Assembly (NCBI GenBank): GCA_963675745.2
Contig: CAXXWX010000026.1
Span: 160,001-224,000 of the forward strand
DNA: 64,000 nucleotides
Direction: 5' to 3'
From: Phycisphaerae bacterium
Lineage (GTDB): Bacteria > Planctomycetota > Phycisphaerae > UBA1845 > Fen-1342
Part shown: positions 48,445 to 59,524 of the stretch, piece by piece
Layout of the letters: each line of letters starts with the position of its first letter
Position numbering within the stretch: position 1 is the stretch's first letter
The notes under the pieces: generated by a model
What the model was told of the DNA's origin: nothing
The model's input: the letters and a program-made list of their open reading frames with translations, nothing else
The model's database searches: none
Position numbers and translations under genes: made by a program

Positions 48445-50730
48445 ATGATAAGAACACGCGCCGTACTCGCTCTGTGGGTCATGGCCCTTGTTGCCTGGCC
48501 ACCGCCCCGGCCGGCATCAGGGCAGGAGCACTCCGGGCAACCGGTCGAACCAGCACCGACATCCCAGCCTGCGCTGCGCGAGAGCATCGCCGCGCAACGC
48601 GCCGAACTCGCCAACGAACTGACCGCCGCCCGGCGCAACCTGGAGAGTGCCACAGCGCCGGAGGACGCGACACCCCCGGAACATCTCACGAAGGAAGTGT
48701 CCCTGCTCGAAACGATCGATCTGCTCTACGGTCAGCAGGATGCGCAGGTACAACATTTCGAAGAGTCGCAGACGTCGCGCGCCCAGTTGGAAGCGGATCT
48801 GGCCACGCTTAGAGCCACCGGGCCGTCCGAGGAGCGGGCCGACTCCTTCCTGTTGCTGGAATCCGTACGCAGCGAGCTGAACGCCCACATCGACCGGGGC
48901 GCTAAGCTCAACGCGGCACGCGAGGCCACCCATAAGAGCCTGGAAAACGCCCGCGCGCAGCATGCGGAACGGGAGCGGGCCAGACGGCAGGCCAAGGAAG
49001 CACTCGCGGCAGCGACTGACGAGGCCGACATCCCCGGTTTGTCCGTGGCTCTGAGGCTGGCGGAACTCGAAAGCCGGCTCGCCGCCGAAACGATCGTGCT
49101 GCGCACGTTGGAGCAACGCAACCAGGACATCAGCGAGGCGATCTATGAACTGCGTCTCACGTTCCTGACGGAGAAAGTAGCCTGGATAGAGAGCCGGGCG
49201 CGCTTCACTCAGGATGATCTCGATGAACAGCTCGAGAAGATCGCCCGGGATGACTTCGCCCTGCGACGTCAGCTCAAGGAGGCGGAATCTGATCTGGATA
49301 CCGCCGCCCGCAAACTCGCCGACGCGCGCCAAAGGCGTGACAGTGCCGCGGAAACCGATCAGGCCCTGGTCGAAGAGGTCGAAGCCGCGCGGCTCGAACG
49401 CGAAGCCCACCAGCTTCACGTGATGCTCCTTCAGGCGCGCCTCCAGCGACTCGTGTGGGTAAAGCAGGTCTGGACACGTCGTTTCCGCACGTTCAACGGC
49501 CAGGCCACCGGCGAAGAGCTGAAGTTGTGGGACGCCGAGACGCGCGACGCACGTAATCAGCTCGAGACAGAGAGCAACCTGCAAGCCGAGGAGGCCGCCG
49601 AGGCGCGCAAATCACTCGTGACCTTGCAGGAAAAGCTGTCATCGGCGGAAGAGGCCGGCCCCGGCGTACGCCGCTGGCTGCGAGAGCAGGCTCGGCAGGT
49701 GCAGGTACGCATCAACGTCTGCGAGTCAAGCATTGCCAGCATTGAGACAGCGCGGCGTCTGGGCGACAAGCTGCTGGCCGAAATCGGCGCCGAAACAACA
49801 ACCACCGGCTTCGCGGCGCGGCTTGCGCGGATGCGGGAAGCCCTGCTCGGCATGTGGCGCTACGAACTGATTTCCATCGAAGATCGTCCGATCACCGTGA
49901 GCAAGATCGTCATCGGGATCCTGCTGCTGGTCATTGGCGTGACCGTGGCGCGACTGTTGACCAGGATTCTGGGACGGCGACTGCTGCCGCGGGTAGGGCT
50001 TACCGAAGGCGCCGCCGCGGCAATCCAATCGCTCCTGTTCTACCTGCTGGTGTTGAGCCTGGCCCTGTTGGCGCTGCGCATCGTCAACGTCCCCCTTACC
50101 GCGTTTACCATCGCTGGCGGGGCGATCGCGATCGGCGTTGGCTTCGGCAGTCAGAACGTGATGAACAACTTCATCAGCGGGTTGATCATGCTGGTGGAAC
50201 GCCCCATTCGCGTCGGCGATCTGATCGAGGTCGAGAACCTGCTCGGGTCAGTTGAGCACATCGGACCGCGTAGCACACGCGTCCGCAGTGCCGACAACGT
50301 CGACATCATCGTGCCCAACAGCTCGTTTCTCGAACACAACGTGGTCAATTGGACGCTCTCTGATGACCGCTACCGGGCCCACGTGGTCATCGGGCTGGCC
50401 TACGGATCGCCGACGCGCAGTGCCGCCAAGCTGATCCGCCGGGCGGTCGAGGAACACGGCAAAGTGCTCAAGACACCCAAGCCGATCGTCCTGTTCACAG
50501 ATTTCGGTGACAACGCGCTCATATTCGAGGCGCACTTCTGGCTGCGCATGCGGCGCCTGATGGATCGCAGAACGATAGAGAGCGACATCCGCTACCGCAT
50601 CGACGCCCTGTTTCGTGAAGCGGGGATTGTGATCGCGTTTCCGCAGCGCGACGTGCATTTCAATGCCGTCAGACCCGTGGAGGTGCGCCTGTTGTCCGAG
50701 CAGCCAGCCTCCGAGCCGGACAAAACTTGA
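48445..50730 (+). CDS. mechanosensitive channel, MscS family, with long periplasmic coiled coil (MscK-like)
   Basis: GVGFGSQNVMNNFISGLIMLVERPIRVGD, IVPNS, VVNWT and IAFPQRDVH. Confidence 0.93.
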   Translation: MIRTRAVLALWVMALVAWPPPRPASGQEHSGQPVEPAPTSQPALRESIAAQRAELANELTAARRNLESATAPEDATPPEHLTKEVSLLETIDLLYGQQDAQVQHFEESQTSRAQLEADLATLRATGPSEERADSFLLLESVRSELNAHIDRGAKLNAAREATHKSLENARAQHAERERARRQAKEALAAATDEADIPGLSVALRLAELESRLAAETIVLRTLEQRNQDISEAIYELRLTFLTEKVAWIESRARFTQDDLDEQLEKIARDDFALRRQLKEAESDLDTAARKLADARQRRDSAAETDQALVEEVEAARLEREAHQLHVMLLQARLQRLVWVKQVWTRRFRTFNGQATGEELKLWDAETRDARNQLETESNLQAEEAAEARKSLVTLQEKLSSAEEAGPGVRRWLREQARQVQVRINVCESSIASIETARRLGDKLLAEIGAETTTTGFAARLARMREALLGMWRYELISIEDRPITVSKIVIGILLLVIGVTVARLLTRILGRRLLPRVGLTEGAAAAIQSLLFYLLVLSLALLALRIVNVPLTAFTIAGGAIAIGVGFGSQNVMNNFISGLIMLVERPIRVGDLIEVENLLGSVEHIGPRSTRVRSADNVDIIVPNSSFLEHNVVNWTLSDDRYRAHVVIGLAYGSPTRSAAKLIRRAVEEHGKVLKTPKPIVLFTDFGDNALIFEAHFWLRMRRLMDRRTIESDIRYRIDALFREAGIVIAFPQRDVHFNAVRPVEVRLLSEQPASEPDKT

Positions 50731-50836
50731 TTGTCAATCGGCGGACCAGCTCCGCGAAACGCGTAAGATAGGCGGCGCGCGATAAGCACAGAGTTCTCGG
50801 TTCGGACGCACGTCCAAGCCACAGGTGGGAGACGGA

Positions 50837-53461
50837 ATGATGAGAGGCATGACCTATGCATTTCTGGTGCTGACCGCGGCTATCCTGCCCCAGGGCGACG
50901 CCGGCGCCGACTCCAAGCAGCCGCCACCCCGGATCATCTGTATACGCGGTGGTCAGGTCATTGATGGAACTGGTGGCCCGCGGCGCGCGGCGGACGTATT
51001 GATCGAAGGGGACCGCATCGTGGCCATCGGCGAGATCGACGCCGAGCGCGCCGCCGGCGCGCGGGTCATCGACGCCCGCGGAATGGTCGTTACGCCGGGG
51101 TTCATCGACGCGCATTCGCACGGCGACCCGCTCAAGACGCCTGAACTGGAAAACTTTCTGGCCATGGGCGTCACGACGATCTGCATCGGTCAGGATGGCG
51201 AAAGCCCCGAGAAACTCGCCGAGTGGATGCGGGCTGTCGAGCAGGCACACCCCGGCACGAATATCGCCACGTTCGTGGGCCACGGCACAATCCGGAACCT
51301 CGCCGGCGTGGGGTTGAAACGCGATCCCTCGAAGCAGCAGATATCGCGCATGCGGGAGCTGGTGCGCGAGGCCATGGGCCTCGGGTGTCTCGGGCTGACC
51401 TCAGGATTGGAATACCAGCCGGGCTCGTTCGCGGACCTCAACGAGCTGATTGCGCTTGCGCGCCCGGTGGCGCAGGCGGGCGGCCTGGTAATGAGCCACA
51501 TGCGCAGCGAAGATGATGACGTCATCGAAGAGGCGCTCGCCGAGCTGCTCACGCAGTGCCGCGAGGCCGGGTGTCCGGCGCACGTTTCCCACATCAAGGT
51601 GACCTACGGACATGGCGCGCAGCGCGCGGAAAAGGTCCTCGCGCAGATGGAAGCGGCCCGCGCCGGCGGTAACCGTGTAACCGCCGACATCTATCCCTAC
51701 CTGGCCAGCTATACCGGCATCGGCATCGTCTTCCCCGATTGGGCGAAGCCGCCACACGACTACGCCGAAGTTGTCCGAACGCGGCGCGCCGACTTGGCAG
51801 AATACCTGCGCAAACGCGTGACCTTGCGCAACGGGCCCGAAGCGACACTCTTCGGGACGGCACCCTGGACCGGCAAGACACTGGCCGAGGTGGCGGCGGA
51901 GCTCAACAAGCCCTTTGAAGACGTGCTGATCGACGATATGGGGCCAGACGGAGCGCAGGCAGCCTACTTCGTAATGGACGCGGATTTGCAGGAGCGTCTT
52001 CTGACCGACCCGCATGTGATGATCTCGTCGGACGGCAGCTCGACGTCACGGCACCCGCGCGGCCACGGGGCCTTCGCGCGCGTCATTCGCAAATACGTCG
52101 TCGAGCGCAAGCTGCTCTCGCTTGAAGAGGCTGTCCGCAAGATGACCGACCTGCCGGCGCAAACCACCGGTCTGGCGTGGGGCAAACGTGGTCGCCTGGC
52201 TCCCGGTTATGCCGCCGATGTGCTGGTGTTCGACCCCGAAGCAGTCGCCGACAACGCGACGTACGCCGATCCGCACGTACTCGCGGGCGGATTCGCGTGG
52301 GTGATCGTGAACGGCCAGGTCGCGCGCGAACAGGATCGCGCGCTGGGGAGTCGCGCGGGGCGCATGTTACGGCGACAGGACACGGCTATTGGCAGGAAGG
52401 TCGACGAGCTCCTGCGAGATTTCGACCGGCCGAACGTGCCCGGGGCCAGCGTCGCCGTCGTGAAGGATGGCGCACTCGTCTTCGTCAAGAGCTACGGACT
52501 GGAACGCATCGAGACAGGCAAGCTCGCGACGCCGTTCACCAACTATCGCATTGCCTCGATGACCAAGCAGTTCACCGCGATGTGCATAATGATGCTGCAC
52601 GACCGCGGACTGCTGGACTATGACGAGCCCATCGCGCGGTTCTTCCCCAAACTGCCCGTCGAGGCCGGTCGCATCACGATTCGCCAGTTGCTGGGTCACA
52701 CGTCGGGGCTGGTGGACTACGAGGACATAATTCCTGAAGACCGCACCGACCAGCTCAACGACCGCGATGTACTGCGGCTGCTGGAAAGGCAAAGCGCCAC
52801 GTACTTCGCGCCCGGAACGCAATACCGCTACAGCAACGGCGGTTACGCCCTGTTGGCACTGATCGTCGAGCAAGTGTCGGGCACCGGTTTCGCCACGTTT
52901 CTGCGGGAGAACATTTTCGTCCCGCTCGGGATGCGCGAAACCGTCGCCTACGAGAAAGGCGTATCCACCGTCAATCGACGGGGATGGGGCTACCGGGAGA
53001 CCGCCGAGGGATTCGTGGATGCCGACCAGAGCCTGACGAGCGCCGTGCTCGGAGACGGCGGCATCTACACCTCGGTGCTGGACTACTGCAAGTGGGACGC
53101 GGCCCTGTATGGCACGTGGCTGGTGGGACACGAATCACTGGCCCAGGCGTTCACGACGGGAGCCCTGGCCGATGGAACGCCCACGGGTTACGGCTTTGGC
53201 TGGCGTATCGAGCAACGTGGCGCAACGCGCGTGGTGCATCACGACGGCGGCACCTGCGGGTTCAACAGTGCGGTTCGACGTGCGCCGGATCAGCGACTGA
53301 CGGTGGTGGTGCTGACAAACCGGGCCGGCAAGCACGCCCGCCAAATCGCCGACGAGCTGCTGAACTGGCTGCTGACCGATGCGGCGAAGGGTAGCGAGTC
53401 ACCCACGACGCCCGCCAATGACGCGGCCCCCGCCGAGTCTTCGCCCGATCACTCCCCCTGA
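50837..53461 (+). CDS. N-acyl-D-amino-acid deacylase (amidohydrolase) fused to beta-lactamase-family serine hydrolase
   Basis: N-part: VIDGTG, PGFIDAHSH, SHMR, SHIK, SSDG, HPRGHG and GYAADVLVFD. C-part: SMTK (SxxK), LLGHTSG, YSN and HDG. Signal peptide present. Confidence 0.9.
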   Translation: MMRGMTYAFLVLTAAILPQGDAGADSKQPPPRIICIRGGQVIDGTGGPRRAADVLIEGDRIVAIGEIDAERAAGARVIDARGMVVTPGFIDAHSHGDPLKTPELENFLAMGVTTICIGQDGESPEKLAEWMRAVEQAHPGTNIATFVGHGTIRNLAGVGLKRDPSKQQISRMRELVREAMGLGCLGLTSGLEYQPGSFADLNELIALARPVAQAGGLVMSHMRSEDDDVIEEALAELLTQCREAGCPAHVSHIKVTYGHGAQRAEKVLAQMEAARAGGNRVTADIYPYLASYTGIGIVFPDWAKPPHDYAEVVRTRRADLAEYLRKRVTLRNGPEATLFGTAPWTGKTLAEVAAELNKPFEDVLIDDMGPDGAQAAYFVMDADLQERLLTDPHVMISSDGSSTSRHPRGHGAFARVIRKYVVERKLLSLEEAVRKMTDLPAQTTGLAWGKRGRLAPGYAADVLVFDPEAVADNATYADPHVLAGGFAWVIVNGQVAREQDRALGSRAGRMLRRQDTAIGRKVDELLRDFDRPNVPGASVAVVKDGALVFVKSYGLERIETGKLATPFTNYRIASMTKQFTAMCIMMLHDRGLLDYDEPIARFFPKLPVEAGRITIRQLLGHTSGLVDYEDIIPEDRTDQLNDRDVLRLLERQSATYFAPGTQYRYSNGGYALLALIVEQVSGTGFATFLRENIFVPLGMRETVAYEKGVSTVNRRGWGYRETAEGFVDADQSLTSAVLGDGGIYTSVLDYCKWDAALYGTWLVGHESLAQAFTTGALADGTPTGYGFGWRIEQRGATRVVHHDGGTCGFNSAVRRAPDQRLTVVVLTNRAGKHARQIADELLNWLLTDAAKGSESPTTPANDAAPAESSPDHSP

Positions 53462-54606
53462 GCGCTCGCGGCCGCCATCCGGTCCAACTCCTCCAGTTTC
53501 AGCCGCACACTCACGATGTACGGCGGCTCGCCCTCGTCCCAATGCCCGTATGTGGTCGTCACGATCGCGCCGTCCGGCAGAATCACCACGCCCGGATAGG
53601 CACAATCCCAGCGGTGCTTGTTATCCATCAGCCGCACGCGATACTGGCCTTCGCGGCCCTTGATGATGTCTTCATAAGTCCCCACCCAGGCAACCCAGTC
53701 GCCCTGGGTCGGGCTCTCCAGCGTCGTATCACGAAACGATATGAACAGGCGGCCGTCCGGCGCGTACACCGCGGTGTGCCGGTCACCGGTCAACGCCCCC
53801 GGCAATTCGCGCGGCTTGCTCCACGTCTGCGCCTCGTCGCTGGAGAACATCACGTGCGAGTTCCGCTTGCGCCGGTTTTCACGCAGCAGAATCGCAAGCT
53901 GCTTTCCGTCGGGCGAGCGAATCATGCCCGGCTCACACAGATGCACGTCACTGCCACGCCAGATCGACCGCGGCGCGCTCCACGTAAGCCCGCCGTCAGT
54001 TGAGCGCGTCTGGTAGATATCAAATGCCTCGCCGCGCTTACCGTCCTTCGCGAAGAATCGCCCGTCATCGTGGAACAGCGCAACGTAGTCGCCGTTCTTC
54101 ATGCGTTCGAGACACCCCATCACGACGATTCCGCCCCAGTCGCCGGCTGGCTCGAGCGGCGACCATGTCGCGCCATCGTCCTCCGAAGTGGCCATCCGCG
54201 CCGGATACAGACCCGACCAGAGAATCAGCCTCCGCTTACCAGTCTGCGGATCGATCACGCGATGGATCGTCGGCACCTCCTGGCTGCCGGCCCAGTTCTT
54301 TGGCGTCGGGAGCCGCTTGCTCCACGTTCGCCCACCGTCGTCGCTGCGCTTCATCACGATCGCGCCGCGCCCGTGCCCCTTGGGATAAACCGCAATGATC
54401 GTCTTGCCATCTTCCAACAGGACGGTCGTTGGATGCCCGAGGTACTGCCCGGCTTCGCGATCGACGACGGTCTGGCGGTGCTTCTGGTCGGCCATATCCA
54501 GCAATGGAATGCTGTATCCGCGCGGCGGCGTATCCTGGGCCGCTGCGCCCATCGGCAGCAGCACCAACAAACCGAGCAGCGCAATCACACGTGCTGTAAC
54601 GGACAT
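53449..54606 (-). CDS. BNR/Asp-box sialidase-family protein, secreted
   Basis: Asp-boxes SDDGGRTW, SEDDGATW, STDGGLTW and SSDEAQTW, plus CEP and CAYP. Signal peptide. Confidence 0.85.
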   Translation of the reverse strand: MSVTARVIALLGLLVLLPMGAAAQDTPPRGYSIPLLDMADQKHRQTVVDREAGQYLGHPTTVLLEDGKTIIAVYPKGHGRGAIVMKRSDDGGRTWSKRLPTPKNWAGSQEVPTIHRVIDPQTGKRRLILWSGLYPARMATSEDDGATWSPLEPAGDWGGIVVMGCLERMKNGDYVALFHDDGRFFAKDGKRGEAFDIYQTRSTDGGLTWSAPRSIWRGSDVHLCEPGMIRSPDGKQLAILLRENRRKRNSHVMFSSDEAQTWSKPRELPGALTGDRHTAVYAPDGRLFISFRDTTLESPTQGDWVAWVGTYEDIIKGREGQYRVRLMDNKHRWDCAYPGVVILPDGAIVTTTYGHWDEGEPPYIVSVRLKLEELDRMAAASAQGE

Positions 54607-54705
54607 ATTCGCCTCCAGATCAGCTATGCGGAGATTCAAATCGCAGCGCCGCCACGCACCAAGGCCGCGCTGGCCTGGCGCCGGCCGCGGCGCGCGCCTT
54701 GTTCC

Positions 54706-57700
54706 TCACGGTTGCCAGGGCGCCGAGAAACTGTACTTACCGGCGGCGAGCCGGCACACGAGTCCATCGGGATCGCTGTCTAGCACCTCCACGCCAACTG
54801 AATCGGCCAGCGGCTTACCGTTCTCTGACACGTCGGCGGGACCGCTCGTGGGAAGGTGCAGGGTGGCACTCGTGTTGGCCGGGACTGTAATATCAACATT
54901 TATCCGCGAGCCTTCGATACGCCATGCGCAGGCGATGCGTCCGTTAATCGAGTGGTACTCGCCGCGCGCCCAAGTGAGGCCGCCGCCGGGGATTGGCTGG
55001 ATCACGAATTGCTTGTACGCGGGCACGCCGGCGTCGGGATTGATGCCGATGATCGTCCGCATCATCCACTCGCCCACCGAGCCCAACGCGTAATGCGCAA
55101 ACGAGTTCATACCGGGGTTCTGAAAACCGCGGCCCTCAACATAGCCGTCCCAGCGTTCCCAGATGGTCGTGGCGCCGTGATCGATCGCATAGCCCCAGGA
55201 TGGCATCGTACGATTGGCAATCAGCCGATACGCCTCCTCGTTGTAGCCATTGCGCGTCAGCTCGTTCATCAGGCAAATCGTGCTGTGAAAACCGGTCGAG
55301 ATGTTCCCGTCGTACCGCGCGAAGCAATCAACCATGCGCCGGGCGGCTGCCGCGCGCTGCTGCTGCGGCAACAACCCGAAGTGCAGTGCAATCGCGTAGC
55401 CGGCCTGAGTGTCGCCGGCAATGCGCCCGTCGGCGTCAACATAGGCCTGGTTGAACGCTTCACGAATCCGGGCGGCGAGCGCGGCGTATCGCTCGGCATC
55501 GTCGCTGCGGCCGATGACGCGCGCCATTTTCGCGACAATCTCGGTCGAGCGCGCAAAGAAAGCCGTCGCAAACACCTCCTTGGGCATCTCGGCCCCGCGC
55601 TCGGGCCATCCCGCCAGCTTGAGCGTGTCCGCGTTCAACCAATCGCCGTAGTCGTTGTTTCGCTGGTTCGTCCAGAGCAGGTCCGGATTGGCCGCGTGTA
55701 TCCAGTCGACCCACCGCCGTGCGGCGTCGAAATGCTCTTCGAGCATGCGCGTATCGCCGTAATTGACGTACACGCACCAGGGTACAAACACACCCGCGTC
55801 GCCCCAGGCCGGTACGCCGGAGAAGCGCCGCGCGGGGTCGTACGGATGCGGCGCGAAGTCGGGGAAGCGGCCATCAGCGGTCTGGGCGTCGCGCAGATCG
55901 CGCAGCCACTTGGCCAGGAACGCCCCCATGTCCATGTTAAAGCAGGCGGTCTGGCAAAAGGCCAGAATGTCACCGGTCCAACCGAGACGCTCGTCGCGCT
56001 GCGGACAATCAGTCGGCACGCTGGTCATGTTGGCCCGTTGCGTCCAGAGGATGTTCTCCCAGAGCCGGTTGAGCATGGGATCCGAACACTCAAACCGGCT
56101 GACCTCGCGCGGCGCCGACTGAACCACGCGGCCGGTCAGCGTCTCGAGCGTTGGCGGCTGGGATAAGCCGGTGATCTCCACGTAGCGGAATCCGTGATAC
56201 GTGAACTGCGGCTCGAACATCTCCAACGCGTCGCCCGCGAGAGTGAAGCGGTCGGTCTGAGCTGCACTGCGCAGGTTGTCGGTGTAAATCGTACCGTCGG
56301 AGTTGAGCACCTCGGCGTGGCGCAGCGTCACGGTGTCGCCGGCCTCGCCGCGCAGGCGCAAACGGCACCAGCCAACCATGTTCTGGCCCAGGTCGAATAC
56401 ATAACAGCCGGGTTGCGGCGCGTTGATCGCGATCGGCGTGATATCGCGCGTGACGCGAATCGGCTCGTTGGGCTGAGCGACGAGCGCACCCGGCGGCGCG
56501 TCAAACGTGCCGGCGGGTTTCCACTCACGGTCATCAAACTCGGGCGTGTCCCAGCCGGGCAGCCGGCGGCGCGCATCGATCATCTCTCCATCGAGCAGAT
56601 CCGCACTTCTCAGCGGCCCCTCGGTCGTGTACTTCCACGACTCATCGCTCACTATCACCGCGCGCCGGCCATCAGCGTATTCAACTTCAAGCTGCATCAG
56701 GAACCGCGGCTGGCGGCCGTAGATGCCGCGCGGCGCACCATCCGGCACGATGCCCGCCAGGCCGATCCGGCCGGCGTACCAGCCGTCGGCCAGTTGAACC
56801 GCGATCGCGTTGGCGCCGATGCGCACCTGCTCGGTGACGTCGTAGGTCTGGTACTGGATACGCTTGTGATAGTCTGTCCACTCGGGCGCGAGCACGCGGG
56901 CGCTGACGCGCTGCCCGTTGAGGCGCAGCCCGTACAACCCCAGCGAGGTCGCATACAGCGTGGCACGGGCAATCGGCGAACCCGCTTCAACTTGAAAAGT
57001 CTTGCGCAGCAACGGCGGGACCAACGGCTCCGTACCGGTCGGACCGTGAGAGGCCAGATCGCCGTCGACCAGGCGGCGCGTCGACCAGCCGCTTGTCTCG
57101 ACACTATCCGAGGCGGACACGACCGTGTTCAGCGCGACGTTCCTGCCGCCGGCCAGCACCTGCATCTCGGCCAGCGCGAAGCCATACTCTCCCTCCCCCC
57201 GCGCGCACAGGCGCGTGACCATCAGGCGCACAAAACGAGCCGGCGTTTGCGGAAATGTGAACGAAACCGCCTCGGCCCCGGGGTTTGGCAGATCGGCTGA
57301 CGACTGATCGACGACAACCATCGCGTCCTGAAAACCGGCGTCATCCGCCGTCTCGATCCGGAAACGCACGGGGAAGAGAAAACCCGGCACGTCGCTCCGC
57401 CAGTTGTACGGCCGTGCTGGAAACAGCTTGACGGCGTCTATCGTCGCAGTCTCACCCAAATCGATGGCGACCCATTTCGAATCCGCCGCCGAGTCGGCAA
57501 GCTGCGTGTGGAAGCCGTTGTGCACCGCACCGAACGGGGCCGCGGGTGAAGCATCGCCGATCCACTGCGCCTGCCAGTCGGCCTCATCGAGCAGCCCCAT
57601 CGTCCAACAGGCGGGCGCGCTCCATGGCGAAGGCTGTCCGTCAGCGTCCCAGACGCGCACTTTCCACCAGACCCGCACACGCGAGCGCAGCGGCCGGCCG

Positions 57701-58005
57701 GCGAAGGCGATCTGAATGGACTCGTTCGACGCGACTTTGCCCGTGTCCCACAGATCGCCCGAGTCCGCGGCGAGCTGCGCCGCATCATTGGAGACCAGAA
57801 TCTGGTAGGCGGTCTGCTCCGCACCGCGGCGTGAGTCCACCATCTCCCACGACAAGCGCGGCTGCGCCTGATCGATGCCCAGCGGATCCACGAGATATTC
57901 GCAGCGCAGGTTCGTCGGCGCGCCCAGGCCCACCGGTGCGGGTGATGGCTGGTCACCGGCCACCGGTGTCAATCCGAACAAGGCCAGAATCGCAACCGCC
58001 ATCAT
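54706..58005 (-). CDS. GH78 alpha-L-rhamnosidase with inserted discoidin/F5-8-like domain
   Basis: LRCEY..PLGID, DLGQNMVGW, FTYHGFRY, PTDCPQRDERLGW, GATTIWERW and NSFAHY. GGAGG RBS before ATG 58005. Confidence 0.95.
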   Translation of the reverse strand: MMAVAILALFGLTPVAGDQPSPAPVGLGAPTNLRCEYLVDPLGIDQAQPRLSWEMVDSRRGAEQTAYQILVSNDAAQLAADSGDLWDTGKVASNESIQIAFAGRPLRSRVRVWWKVRVWDADGQPSPWSAPACWTMGLLDEADWQAQWIGDASPAAPFGAVHNGFHTQLADSAADSKWVAIDLGETATIDAVKLFPARPYNWRSDVPGFLFPVRFRIETADDAGFQDAMVVVDQSSADLPNPGAEAVSFTFPQTPARFVRLMVTRLCARGEGEYGFALAEMQVLAGGRNVALNTVVSASDSVETSGWSTRRLVDGDLASHGPTGTEPLVPPLLRKTFQVEAGSPIARATLYATSLGLYGLRLNGQRVSARVLAPEWTDYHKRIQYQTYDVTEQVRIGANAIAVQLADGWYAGRIGLAGIVPDGAPRGIYGRQPRFLMQLEVEYADGRRAVIVSDESWKYTTEGPLRSADLLDGEMIDARRRLPGWDTPEFDDREWKPAGTFDAPPGALVAQPNEPIRVTRDITPIAINAPQPGCYVFDLGQNMVGWCRLRLRGEAGDTVTLRHAEVLNSDGTIYTDNLRSAAQTDRFTLAGDALEMFEPQFTYHGFRYVEITGLSQPPTLETLTGRVVQSAPREVSRFECSDPMLNRLWENILWTQRANMTSVPTDCPQRDERLGWTGDILAFCQTACFNMDMGAFLAKWLRDLRDAQTADGRFPDFAPHPYDPARRFSGVPAWGDAGVFVPWCVYVNYGDTRMLEEHFDAARRWVDWIHAANPDLLWTNQRNNDYGDWLNADTLKLAGWPERGAEMPKEVFATAFFARSTEIVAKMARVIGRSDDAERYAALAARIREAFNQAYVDADGRIAGDTQAGYAIALHFGLLPQQQRAAAARRMVDCFARYDGNISTGFHSTICLMNELTRNGYNEEAYRLIANRTMPSWGYAIDHGATTIWERWDGYVEGRGFQNPGMNSFAHYALGSVGEWMMRTIIGINPDAGVPAYKQFVIQPIPGGGLTWARGEYHSINGRIACAWRIEGSRINVDITVPANTSATLHLPTSGPADVSENGKPLADSVGVEVLDSDPDGLVCRLAAGKYSFSAPWQP

Positions 58006-58111
58006 GCCGTTCCTCCACTGCTCGATGGACATTGAATAAGGCCAAGGCCACACCCACGACGTACGCGTGGCGATGTTAGCAAACCGCCAGAGACGCTATG
58101 ATGCGTCCACG

Positions 58112-59461
58112 ATGAACCGAACGCCAGACATGCCGCCGAGTTTCCGCCCGTCGCTCCGTCGTCGCAACGTCGGGCGCTGGCTCTATCTGCTCACTCTGAC
58201 CGCGGCGGCGCACACGGCGTGTACGCCCATAATACCTGCGCCCAATCCGCCGCTCGCCAATGATGAGGAGGCCGTTCGTCTCGCCGCCGAGCAGCTCGCC
58301 GCCGCCCTCGAACCCGGCCCGCCATATATGTACCGCGAGACCAGCTTTCACACCGGGCAAGCGCGCACCGGCGAGAGTCTCCACACCGAACTGGAACGCG
58401 TCTGGACGTTCAGCGGCGTAAACGTCGGCATTCACAGCGCTAGCAAATCGAGCCCAATCGCGGATGAGCAGCGCGTCTACGTCGGCGCCGACAGCGGCCA
58501 CCTGTACGCCCTCGACAAGTTCACCGGCGAACTGCTCTGGCAGTGGACGGCGCGCCCCAGCGGCAACGGCATTCACGCCACCCCCGCAGTGGACGAATCG
58601 CGCGTGTACATCGCAAACTACAGCGGCTGGCTGTCCGCTCTCGACAAGATAACCGGTGAACTTGTCTGGGAAACCGATCTCGGCGACTCGATCGGCGCCT
58701 CGCCGGTGATCGTGGGCGATCGGATCTACGCGGGCGTTGAAACGCGCCAGCCCAACGGTTACCTAGCCATCGTCGATCGGGCCGGCGGCGCGCAGCTCCG
58801 AACCTCCGCCAGATTCGGCGATCATACGCACTGCACGCCGACCGTCGATCCACAACTGGGGCGTGTGTACCTCGGTTCCAACCACGGGCAGTTTCACTGC
58901 CTCGACGCCGATGACGCCCGCGAACTGTGGCGTTTCACCGTGCGTGGCGCCGCGCTCGACTTCCCCGACAGCCTGTCCCGGCCATCGATTCACGGCCAGA
59001 TCAAATCGACCGCCGCCCTCGTCGAACAGCGCGTGCTGTTTACGTCCTGGGACGATCGCCTTTACTGCCTCGACGCCGGCAATGGGGCGGAACTCTGGAG
59101 CTTCCTGGCTGGCAGTCGCTGCATGTCCAGCCCGGCGGTCGATCCCGTGCAGCGCCGCGTGTATTTCGGCAGCCACGACGCGCGGATCTACGCCATCGAC
59201 TTTGACACCGGCGAGCACGTGTGGGACTTCGTCGCCGCGGCCCGGGTGTACTCGTCACCGGTGATCGTGCCGCGAACGGACGGCGCGGGGAACGTGATTG
59301 TCATCGGATCATCGGACGCGCACGCCTACATGCTCGACGGCGACACAGGCGAATCGCTCTGGCAAGCCCGCCTGGACGGGGCCATAACCAGCGTCCCGCT
59401 CGTCAGCGACCACCGCCTCTACATCGCCACCGACGGCGGCGACCTGGTGTGCTGGGAATAA
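58112..59461 (+). CDS. PQQ-like beta-propeller repeat (BamB-like) lipoprotein
   Basis: Repeats of SSP..VY.G..DG.LYALD..TGE..W and a lipobox-like HTAC. Start uncertain. Confidence 0.85.
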   Translation: MNRTPDMPPSFRPSLRRRNVGRWLYLLTLTAAAHTACTPIIPAPNPPLANDEEAVRLAAEQLAAALEPGPPYMYRETSFHTGQARTGESLHTELERVWTFSGVNVGIHSASKSSPIADEQRVYVGADSGHLYALDKFTGELLWQWTARPSGNGIHATPAVDESRVYIANYSGWLSALDKITGELVWETDLGDSIGASPVIVGDRIYAGVETRQPNGYLAIVDRAGGAQLRTSARFGDHTHCTPTVDPQLGRVYLGSNHGQFHCLDADDARELWRFTVRGAALDFPDSLSRPSIHGQIKSTAALVEQRVLFTSWDDRLYCLDAGNGAELWSFLAGSRCMSSPAVDPVQRRVYFGSHDARIYAIDFDTGEHVWDFVAAARVYSSPVIVPRTDGAGNVIVIGSSDAHAYMLDGDTGESLWQARLDGAITSVPLVSDHRLYIATDGGDLVCWE

Positions 59462-59524
59462 CCATCGACGTGAGGCCCACAGCGCGCGCGAGTGCGGCAT
59501 GGCAGCGCACGTCAGTAATTCGGC

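Noticed and set aside
53449..53461. 13-bp overlap of convergent gene ends
   Set aside because: Ordinary compact gene packing.
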